The translations under genes were made by a program, and so were the position numbers. Under the pieces are notes generated by a model. It ran no database searches. It saw only the letters and a list, made by a program, of their open reading frames with translations, and had not been told where the DNA came from. From the IMG/VR virus record IMGVR_UViG_3300025012_000003: 64,000 nucleotides of DNA, one strand, 5' to 3'. This DNA is from a virus. This document shows, piece after piece, positions 53,869 through 63,855 of this stretch. How positions within the stretch are numbered: position 1 is the first letter of the stretch; the number at the start of each line of letters is the position of its first letter.

Positions 53869-55464
53869 TTAATCTTCCAACATATCTAATTGTCTAAGAA
53901 TTGCTTTTATACTTTCATGCCCTAATTTTAACTTCTGTTGGTTGTTTCTCTTGTCTGTTAATATATCCTTATGTTTTTGGAACACCTTCATCACATCTTC
54001 AAAGAATTGTTCAGATTCTTCAAAAGGTTTTTTAAAGTCTTCCATTATATCTTCTATCTTCTCTTCTTGATTTTCGTCTAAGTATATATCATTATATCTT
54101 AAATTCTCATCAGCCATCCACTCTGCATTACTTTCTATGCTTCCTCCAATATCCCCAAAGTCGGATTTTAATTCATAGTATTGAAAAGGAACCCACAAGT
54201 ATTTGAGATAAGAACCGTGAAAATCTTTTTTCTCATATCCAACAATATCTTCTATCTGTTTTATAGTCTCTGGACTTATAACACCGTACCTGTGTAATAG
54301 ATTAACTAAATCCCCGTGCATATCTGGATACAGAGTTAAGAAAGAATCAAGAGATTGTTCTCTCATATTCACGTCAAAGAATTTTTTAACATAACTGGAT
54401 ATTTCCTCATTCTGAGTTAAAGACCTCCAGATGGATTCTTTAGTTTCGTCTGCATAAACGGTGTCTATAAAATCGGCTATGTCGCTATCCATTTCTTTCA
54501 TAAGGTCAGACAACTGAACTTCTTGATAAACCCAATTATCTTTTACTTTAAAAACATACCCTGTAAGTTTATCCATACCATTAGCTATAGCTTCATTGGA
54601 AGGGTCTTTTACTAGCATAAACAATTCAGGGTGCTTCTCCAGATGTTCTTCTGCCACATCTGAAAAGAACTCTTTAAGACCTTCATGTTCAGATAAAAAT
54701 TCAAGTAAACTTACTTCTCTGTCATTTTTATCCATAAACTGTTGAGATTCAAAATGAAATTGATATTTCTCAGAGGGGTCTTGATTATTTATTATTACGT
54801 AGAGGATACCTTGTCCACTATAGGTATCGTAATAATATCTATCTGAGGTAGAAGCAGTACACCATCTGGTACCAGAACCTAAATTACATGATGCTTCATA
54901 GTTGTTAGGAGTCCATACCTGCCATTCTTTATCCTCATAAACCTTATCTGCATTCTGAAAACCTTGTTTTTTTATTTGTCTTTGCTTTTGTTTATTGGAC
55001 AAAGCTAATTCTTGGTCTTGTACAGAGTCTAATCCTACAGCTAAGTCAGGTAATGTCTTGAATTGGAATATATCTTTATTAGGAAATTTCTTTTTATTTT
55101 CTTCGAAGGAGTTTAAGTACTCAGTAACTTTATAGAAATCCTCAGTCTTTAGATTATTAGTAGTCCAAAGTTTTAATATCCATCTGGCATAGTTTCCAGC
55201 AATATCTCCTCCCTTATAGGTAGGGTCGAGATTAACAAGTTTCCAAAACAACCCATTATCAATAGCTGAGTAGTACTTTTTGTACATATCCTCTAAGCCT
55301 TCATTGAAGAATTCTTCAGTTACTTGTTTTAATTTCTTCTTTTTCTTTTTATGTTTCTTAGGGGATTCAGGATAAATAGCAAGATTAGTAGCAGGAGGAT
55401 ATGATATCTCCACATCGCCCTTTAGGATACCCTCGACTATCTCTTTAATCTTACGTAAACTCAT
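53869..55464 (-). CDS. Large acidic phage protein with N-terminal motif; paralog of 43373..44887
   Basis: Starts MSLRKIKEIVE; shares the WCTA and KYQFHFESQQFMDKND block. Confidence 0.7.
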   Translation of the reverse strand: MSLRKIKEIVEGILKGDVEISYPPATNLAIYPESPKKHKKKKKKLKQVTEEFFNEGLEDMYKKYYSAIDNGLFWKLVNLDPTYKGGDIAGNYARWILKLWTTNNLKTEDFYKVTEYLNSFEENKKKFPNKDIFQFKTLPDLAVGLDSVQDQELALSNKQKQRQIKKQGFQNADKVYEDKEWQVWTPNNYEASCNLGSGTRWCTASTSDRYYYDTYSGQGILYVIINNQDPSEKYQFHFESQQFMDKNDREVSLLEFLSEHEGLKEFFSDVAEEHLEKHPELFMLVKDPSNEAIANGMDKLTGYVFKVKDNWVYQEVQLSDLMKEMDSDIADFIDTVYADETKESIWRSLTQNEEISSYVKKFFDVNMREQSLDSFLTLYPDMHGDLVNLLHRYGVISPETIKQIEDIVGYEKKDFHGSYLKYLWVPFQYYELKSDFGDIGGSIESNAEWMADENLRYNDIYLDENQEEKIEDIMEDFKKPFEESEQFFEDVMKVFQKHKDILTDKRNNQQKLKLGHESIKAILRQLDMLED

Positions 55465-55467
55465 TAA

Positions 55468-55953
55468 CTACTCTCTTCCGTCAATAAAAGATTTTAACTT
55501 ACTAACAAAAGGTTTTAGTGTCCTTCTTACTTCCTCTGAGTCGGAGTCAGTACTCATAGAATAATATAGACCGTCTTCTATTTCCTCTAATTCTTTTACT
55601 AAACTAGATAGCTCAGAACTATCCTCGTAGTTGTAGCCTTCATTTACTATCTTTTGTATTTTTTTAAATGACATTTTAAAACCTCAAACTATTCTATTCT
55701 TAGTATACTCTTTTTTAATACGTTCCTTCATTATACCGAATTTGGATTCTCCAAGAGAGGATATCAAGGCATCTTGAATGCCTCTTAAATAATATTTATT
55801 CTTCTCTGATTTATGCTCTCGGTAATCATAGTATGCTTTTCTATATAAGCTTATTGCGGATTTATCCATAGCATCTCTAGTAGGAGTACCTTTATTTGAT
55901 ATCTCCTCAAACAACTTTGTATCTTCTATATTTTTCAATATTTTCTTGAACAT
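55468..55953 (-). other. Two small CDS with N-terminal motif (MSFKKIQKIVNE, MFKKILKNIE)
   Basis: ORFs 55468..55674 and 55684..55953. Confidence 0.65.
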
Positions 55954-55954
55954 T

Positions 55955-56359
55955 TTAATATCTCAGTATCGTTACCGCTTGTTTTACTTTAGCATTAAAG
56001 TAATTTCTACAATATTCTTCTGCCATTTCTTCATCGTAATCTTTACAGGAGTAGATATTTAGTGAAACTTTATCAAGATTATCGAAGGTGTGTATGGTTA
56101 TATTAGATGTTTTTAAGAATAACACAGTGGAGCATCCTTTAAGATGCTCAAACTCTTCGGGTGTTTTATCGGGGTCTTGTGTTGTATATTCCCAAGTATG
56201 TATCTCTACTGAAGTCATATCTATGAAATTGCATAAATCTTGAGTAAACTTCTCTACTCTATCTTTATTGAAATCTTTTAAATTACAATTATGTAAATCC
56301 AAAATTAATTCTTTTCCAAGTATTCTCCCCGAGTTTATTTTATCTTGTATTTCCGACAT
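55955..56359 (-). CDS. speD: S-adenosylmethionine decarboxylase-like proenzyme
   Basis: GKELILDLHNC, GCSTVLFLKTSNITIHTF, NIYSCK. Confidence 0.78.
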   Translation of the reverse strand: MSEIQDKINSGRILGKELILDLHNCNLKDFNKDRVEKFTQDLCNFIDMTSVEIHTWEYTTQDPDKTPEEFEHLKGCSTVLFLKTSNITIHTFDNLDKVSLNIYSCKDYDEEMAEEYCRNYFNAKVKQAVTILRY

Positions 56360-57486
56360 TCTAGTATTCCCTCAACTAATGCTAAAAACAAATAATTATC
56401 TATTTAAAATATAAATTAATCAATTGTTTTTTGCACATTAATTGGTTAATTCCTGCATCATCCTAATACTTGTTATTTCATCCACACTGTCCAGTTCAAA
56501 TATTTTAATATCGTAGTTTTTTAATCTAAAGCCATACTCAAAATATCCTAACTTACCTTTAAATACTTCTAATAAAAAATTTTCGGTTAGAACAGTATTG
56601 TCTTGTCTTGGATTTCCATAACGATATTCTCTCCATTTACTTTTCTTTCCTCCACAAGTATAAAAGAACCTATACTCTGGGAAAGCAGAAAGGGATTCAT
56701 TCCAATGATTAATTCCAGTCTTCTTATAGCAGTAAACTTTAAGAGGGTTTAAATTTTCAGGAGGTTCTATCTTTCTTATCATCCAATAAGCTCCTGCATC
56801 ATCTTTCTAGCTTCTCTAAACTTATAGGATAATCTAAATCTATGACAATTTTGAGCATTCTTTTCATAACTAGCTTTATGACAAGGTTCTCGTTTATTTT
56901 CGTTATGTTCACATCTTCTGCAAACTTTATAAACACACCTACTAGCATTACATTTAGCTTTTCCACCATTACAACCTATACAACTCATCCTACTAACTCC
57001 CTCATCATTAAATGGTTTTTATATTCAAGGGGAGTCATACACTCATAAGATATCAATTCGTTACTTTCGGTGTATGCTTCTAATACTTGCTGAATACTTG
57101 TATAGCCAGTACGTCTGAATTTACCTTGATAATTATTCAAGATAACAAGATACTTATTTGTACTTTTTTGTTTATATATTAAGATGTCGGGCTTTACATC
57201 ATAATCCCAAGCAGGACTTACTATTAATTTATGGTAGATTGTCATTTCGTAAGTTCTTTCACAGTACAAGTTCCCTCATTATTTTATACTCCTCCACGGC
57301 TTCCCAGAATTCTTCCTTAGTTATCTTAGTCCAATTTCTTTTAGCTAGGATACTTTTACCCTGTGTAGTATTTGTGTAAAACTTTTTTATGCCGTTCAAA
57401 TGATAACTATGGGTTAATCCCCACTCATTTATTAAATGATAACTACCATAACCATCTTTATAGTATTCTGACATTACTCCCTCTTA

Positions 57487-57539
57487 ATTGTAACCTATAG
57501 GTTACATTTTACTCTACTGATTGTAACCTATAGGTTACA
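57487..57539. repeat. Two copies of a perfect 18 bp palindrome TGTAACCTATAGGTTACA
   Basis: 57489..57506 and 57522..57539, period 33 bp, intergenic. Confidence 0.9.
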
Positions 57540-57954
57540 CTTTACTTTATAATCTATAGGTAATAATTTTAAATTTAAATTATCATGGATAGGTTATAAT
57601 TTTAAGATACTAACTCCTTCATCATAAAGTAACTGTTGTAATGGGACTCGTTTTCAAACTCTAATAAGTCCATGTGAGGTTTTTCATAATAAACATGAGC
57701 ATAACCAAAATATTTAGTTAGATAAGAAACCAGATGATTTACTTTTAAGCAATGCCATCTACCTTTATCGTCTTTAAGATAGATACCGCTCTTATCTCTT
57801 TTTATAGCCAATTCTTTAAAGTCGTCATTTTTAAATAGTGTGGTAGGGAAAGCTATGGCATAGAATTTACCTTCCTTGAATAGCTCACTGGGAATTTTAT
57901 AATTCTTGGTTATATTAGATAATTTTATCTTTTTCATTTTATTAGTAATCTTAC

Positions 57955-58191
57955 TCATTCCGTTAATTCCTGTATGTGTTTCCACTTAGCCATACTCTCA
58001 TCATCTATGGTTAAACAATCATAAGGGCAATGTTCTACTGCTTTTATTATCTTTAATTCATTACCTTCTACGTTCTGATACTTTATATCTATTAGAAAAA
58101 AAGAATTTGGACTATCTATCAGAAAAACTTCGGGACAATAATACTCACAACGCTTACATAATTGACATTCATCTTTTATATGTATTATCAT
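57955..58191 (-). CDS. Monocluster ferredoxin with C-terminal extension ending in the tag
   Basis: CQLCKRC..CPEVF...HCPYDCL. Confidence 0.8.
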   Translation of the reverse strand: MIIHIKDECQLCKRCEYYCPEVFLIDSPNSFFLIDIKYQNVEGNELKIIKAVEHCPYDCLTIDDESMAKWKHIQELTE

Positions 58192-61100
58192 CTGATAAGT
58201 TCTTCCATAACTTTAATTTTATCTATCTCCTGTTGAATCATAAAGTCTGGCATATCATGAAGTTTTTGGAAGTCTTCCCCGCACAGATTGTAAATTCGTT
58301 CTATTATCTTGAATTTTATCGCATCGAAAGTTATCCTAGATACATGAGAATATAGAAAGGCTGTGTTTATATAATCAAATATCTCTTCTTCATAAGTCTT
58401 CTGGACTATCAATGTTAATAGTTCGGTTCGTAGAGGGTCAACTACACAATCATCCGTCATGAATTCAATACGTATACCACATTGAATTTCACCATGAATA
58501 CTATCAGTTACTTCTATATCTATTCTTGGATTTATCATATTTCTACTTCATTCTAAGGATAGATATAATTCCAGTAACTGTGAATATTGAATAAAAACAA
58601 TAAGCAAATATGAACATTCCCAAACAATTAAAAGATGCAGTAGCCATTCCCATAAATATGGAAAAGATAGGAAATAATAAAAGACTCATAAAGGTATAGA
58701 TTATTACTGCTGTTCTATTACTTTTTAGTTCCTCAGCTACTCTTTTCAACATCTGTTCTTCAGAAGACCAACCATTTCCTACGAAGCCTTCTATACCTTT
58801 AGCTATAGTGAGTATTTTAGTAGCCTTCTCTTCTATCTTTTTGTCATCGATGATTTTATATTTTATTAAATCCACTAATTCTAAAGCTTTATGTACCAAG
58901 CTCAAAGACAATTTAATCATTTTATTCTCCTTCTAATTAACATATATAATAATACCATAAATTAAGTTATTTGTAAAGTGCTTATTAAGATTAATTACTT
59001 AATTCTAACATGACTAGAATACTTTCTAATTCATCTAAACTTTCAAATTCTTTTACAATACTGCATCTCCATTCCTCACGAATAGTTTTTAGTGATTCTT
59101 CTTTACTTATACCCTCCAATAAGGAGTTGGATTTTCTATCTAAACGACATCCATCAAAAGTCAAATATACTTTATCGTCTTTGTATTCGTACACAACCAT
59201 CAGAGGGTCATTTATCCAACCCGCTAATACATAACTCATGATATAAGTTCTTCCATAACTTTAATTGGAATATAATGGATACCTAGCTCTTCTTCAACTT
59301 CCTCCTCGGTTAGGAAAGACCAATCTATCAATTGTTCCAAACTTCGTTTACCATTACCGTATTCAAGTAATTTATCTAATCTTTCATCAGAGACACTCCA
59401 ATTATTTTTATCGAAATAACATTCCAAGATTCCAGACCAAACATTTAATCTATAAAAGGATTTATAATTATAACCATTGTCAAATAAATAATATACGTAG
59501 TCTATGGGTTTCATAAAGTTAGCTCCAACATAGTAAGCATGGCATCTACTCTATCCTCGTCTTCTATTACTTCTCTCTTAATACCTTTTTTAGCGAGATA
59601 TAACATATCATCATAAGATTTTACCCACATTCCATCATCCTGCAATTTTTTATTAGAATAACGCTCAAATAATACATATTTACCTTTTTCGTAAAAATAT
59701 GTAGTATGCTTGATTCCTTCTATTATTTCTATAGTAATAAATCTTCTCATTTTATCATCTTGTCCAAATTATCTAATAAGGATTTTATAACGGGGTCTTC
59801 ATCTTTATCTTCATTCTGAGTTAATTCTCTCATCATGTCAGTCTTGAGTTTAAGATTCTTCTCTCTAATATCGATATAGATATTTATAACGAGAGGTACT
59901 CCAATACAAGCCAATGTCATTATTATATAAACAGTAATTCCTGTCCCTAAAGCTTCCATCATCTCCAATACCACTCATCCCAGACTTCTGATTCGTCTTG
60001 TGTTAATTCATTCATCATTCTTCTCTTAAGCATATCATTTTTGTATTTTCTTTCTTGTATCCAAAAATTAAGCATGCTTATACCCGTGCTTGAAAAACAC
60101 ACAACCCAAGCCCACACGTGGGCTTTCTCGGAATGTAATGAATTGAGATATGCTATTATGGCACAACATACAGTACATTGTATTAAATTAGCGTATCTTT
60201 TTATTTTTTCAATTTGCTTTTCGTTGAAAGTTCGTAACATATTTTAATTAATTCTAACTCTTTCTGTTTTTTCTCATAAAGATATTTAATAAATTCCAGA
60301 GTATTTTTATCACTTGAAACTATGTTGACGTGAATACCAAATCCATCCGAACAAAATGGTTCGTAATCGTAAACAACATAACTATTGTATTTACTTTTCC
60401 ACTCCACTCTTTCTATACTTGCATTTTCTTGACCCACTAGATTAACTAAGTCATCAAGAACTTTCTTATCGGGCACTTCAATTTCTAAACTATGTGTCAT
60501 TTAAATACCTCTTATCTCATATAACTTTTTAAATAAAGGATATAGGATACGAAAGAATAGCTTCTACTATATGAGATATCGTTGCGTATCCCTTACCTAT
60601 TTATAATACTACCATAAAAAAAGAGAGCCGTCAAGACTCTCACAGTAAACATCACATTATTGTTACAATTTATTTTAATGTGGCTATTCGAGAGCCATCA
60701 CTAAAACCAAATTTCTTTTCTTCATTATTCTTAGCTGTCTCCTCGACTTGTCTTTTCTCTGCCTTTTCTGCAAAGAAAATCATCTCGTCCAATAGTTGTT
60801 CAGCATATCCTCCCTCTTTAGCCTCTAGTAGCCACTTTGAAACTTTTTTATCATAAGCTTCTATCTCACTGGAAGCTCTGAATTCCAGTATGCCTTTTAG
60901 AAAATCCGACAATTCCAATCTCCTTTAACTATTAATCTGTTTCAATTCTTTTGGAGGATTTTTAAGGGTCTCCAGTTTTGTACTATACCTATTGAAGGGG
61001 TGAGAACGAAATACAGTCTTACCTTCTTTAAGCTCTTCCACATTATCTATCTTAGTAAATCGTGTCCAAGTACCATCACCATTTTCATAGATAACCATAT

Positions 61101-61332
61101 CGTCGAGATTTTCTTCTAACTTTGATTTTTCTTCTCCAAGTTTATCCATCTCATCTTTTATTTGTTTTAATCTTTCAACTTTATCTTTCATCTTTTTCCT
61201 CCACTTTTTTATAAGGTTTGCTTCCGAGCATCTTATGGAATAACCAAGGAGCTAAACCCCAAGGTAAACTTATTTTATAAAATTCACAGAAGTCCCAAAT
61301 GTATGACCAAATATTATTTTTGAAAGTGAACA

Positions 61333-61632
61333 TTATCCTTTTAATATTCCTATGATGTCTCTTTCAGTAATAATCTTATAAGGCTTCTGGTCTACTTTAA
61401 TTTCTACTCCAGCCATTCTATTAAATACTACGATGTCTCCCACTCTAACTTCAGGCTCTACTCTAGCACCGTTACTTAAGATAAGACCAGCCCCAACAGC
61501 TACAACTTTAGCTTTCTGAGTTGTCTCCTTTACTACGGTAGATTGTGGAAGAACGATACCGCCTTGAGTAATGGCTTCCGTGTCAAAAGGTTCAATAATA
61601 ATTCTATCACCTATTGGTTGTAATTCTGACAT
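61333..61632 (-). CDS. groS: Co-chaperonin GroES
   Basis: LQPIGDRIII..GGIVLP..VVAVGAG..VGDIVVF..ERDIIG; promoter TTGACA-17-TATAAT at 61665..61693. Confidence 0.95.
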   Translation of the reverse strand: MSELQPIGDRIIIEPFDTEAITQGGIVLPQSTVVKETTQKAKVVAVGAGLILSNGARVEPEVRVGDIVVFNRMAGVEIKVDQKPYKIITERDIIGILKG

Positions 61633-61695
61633 AGTGATTTCCTTTCATACTAATATACTTTTACATTATATCATTTTGTGATTCTATTGTCAATC

Positions 61696-62085
61696 CTATA
61701 ACTCTTCTATCTTAATTTTAAATTTATCTTCAAACCAATCCGCAAAGATTCTTCTATGACAGAATTTATTCTTACCTTCATAACATAGAAAAAGATAAAG
61801 ATTCTTTTCATTGTGCATTTGTTTTATTATATCTAATACAGCTCTACCATCGATAGAAGTTTCAAAATAGTTTTCTATTCCTTTTATATACATCTCTTTA
61901 AACTTATCTTTATTTATTGCCCCTGCTTGATATAAATTAAATAGGGTCTGAGACGGATACAGACAAGGAAGTTCCCTCGCTTTGTCTGTAATTTCTCCTC
62001 TAGGAGAAGTCCTAGATATTTTAAACAGTATTGCTTCTTTAGGAAACTTTCTCCAGTTAGCGTAATAGGATGTACAGATAGTCAT
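61696..62085 (-). CDS. DUF488-like protein
   Basis: TSYY..ISR..LYPS..LCYE...FCHRR. Confidence 0.7.
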   Translation of the reverse strand: MTICTSYYANWRKFPKEAILFKISRTSPRGEITDKARELPCLYPSQTLFNLYQAGAINKDKFKEMYIKGIENYFETSIDGRAVLDIIKQMHNEKNLYLFLCYEGKNKFCHRRIFADWFEDKFKIKIEEL

Positions 62086-62330
62086 AAATTAGTCCCTATG
62101 AAATTCGTGGCAGTATCCACAATATTTATTTTCTACATCTTTTGGATGATAAGAAGTCTTGTTACATTTTAAACAAGTTATCCTAAGCATAAATCTTAAT
62201 GTAGAACCTGCCGTGTCTATAAAATATGTTTTCTTATTCTCAACAGCTCTTCTCCTAGGAATACCATATATCCATGACATTAGGAGTAAAAAAGATATAG
62301 AAAATATTAATAAGAATACTATAAAAAATG

Positions 62331-63855
62331 TCATGATACTAACTCCCTCAATGTCATATAAGAAGTAAAATGGTCTTCGTCTATTTCCTCTAACGATGTA
62401 TAAGATGATTTCATAGGTATCCCAGAATGCTCCCAACTATGTTTAACTTCGTCCCAAAAGTATAGAAACCCAGTTGGAGAGGTTCTATAATAAGAGGAGC
62501 CTAGATTAGTTGTATATTTGAAATATTTAACCACTTACAAGTTCTTTCATTATTCTTAATTTTTCTATGTCATGAGTGTTATCTATTATCTTATAACCCA
62601 TGTGAACTTCTAAAAATTCTTTTTTACCATACTCATATATATCTGTACCATGGTAGATAATATGCCAAATATTTCCCCAGATTCTTCCAGTTTTAGCATC
62701 TACTTTGTCTCCAGCAACCCTAGCTAAAGAATTACCGTCTATTTTAACTATCATGACTTTTCCATCTGGGTCATGTACTAAGTAAAAAGGTTTTCTTCTA
62801 TCAGCCATCTTTTCTCTTCCTAGTACGTTTTGGTTTAGGTGGATTGTCCCTTTCCCATAACAGCTCTGACAGAAAATAATAATCTCTACAATATACTTGG
62901 TCGGGGTCTATGCCTTTTTTCTCACAATCTTTGATAAATTCTTTAATACAATTTTCATAGAATTGAAATTCTTTCGGATATTTCTCTTGTTTATATCTAA
63001 ACATTTCTATATGTGTAGGAATTTTAACGTCTACGGGTTTTGCATCCATTACTATTTCCACTTCTACTATTTCTAATTCATCAGCTTTATAGTAATGGGT
63101 TGGGGTAGAATAATCAGCATTAAACCACTCCGTACTATTTCTACGTACCCATTCTGCATGTTCAGGAGTCATAGACATCCAACAATTTATATTGTCTTTA
63201 TCTACCTCTATTATATACTGGAACTCTCCACAGAAATCTCCTCCCTCGTTAGAGGAGAGTCTTACTTTTAAGAATTCATTTTTAACTTTATGTCTTAGTC
63301 TATACTCTTTCACGGTTCCTGCCAGTCTTCACAAAACTCTTGTTCTATGTTAGTAATAATATTTTCTTCCACAGAACAAGTACCGTCTAAATAATGCTTA
63401 CAATTCTTACAACAGAGTTTCATGTTAATCTCTGTAAGTAATGAAGAAAGTTACGATATAGGAATTAGCTTGATTGTAGGGAGATTTAATTCCTTCTATA
63501 TTACTTTGTATTCCCAACACCGATTCTTCTGGGATATTAAATCTTGTCAATATTTCGTTCAAAGTCTCCGTAAGATTTTCATTATTAACATGATTCTTTA
63601 CATTAACTGCCTCTTTTACAACTTTAATCACAATATCTCCTCTGTTAATTCTTTCATAACTCTCATTTTATCTCGATATTCATAATCCGATGCTTTGATA
63701 TCTATTACCTCATCAAGGATACCATACATCCACATCTCGTTAAATAAGTCTAAGCCATAAGAGTCTAATCTCCGTCTCATAGCTTCTTCTATATGTTCTC
63801 TCTCCCTGTTAGGGAGAGTTCCTTTTCTTTTATAATCTTCAGAAAAACTATTCAT
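62331..63855 (-). other. Cluster of small CDS, three tagged (LRELVS, MKELVSG, MKELTEEIL)
   Basis: ORFs 62331, 62527, 63628. Confidence 0.7.

Larger units (their letters stand above)
56438..60240 (-). other. Dense cluster of 13 small CDS, 12 carrying the tag at or near the C-terminus
   Basis: MQELTN, MQELIG, MRELVG, MRELVL, MKELVS, IQELTE, MEELIR, MLELSN, MEELIS, MLELTL, MRELTQ..., MNELTQ...; 58543 untagged. Confidence 0.75.

Noticed and set aside
57487-57539. Possible CRISPR array or NtcA site
   Set aside because: Only two exact copies with a 13 bp spacer and no cas genes; spacing is GTA-N10-TAC, not NtcA GTA-N8-TAC.
1565-63685. Most plus-strand ORFs in the track (e.g. 1752, 7577, 15798, 39813, 46270)
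   Set aside because: They are antisense shadows of well-supported minus-strand genes, with no recognisable motifs; only 2818 and 24073 look real.
2281-63855. C-terminal motif as a purely DNA-level cassette recombination site or embedded ribosome-binding site
   Set aside because: Synonymous codons vary freely and about half the copies lack AGGA/GGAG. A partial dual role in translational coupling remains possible.
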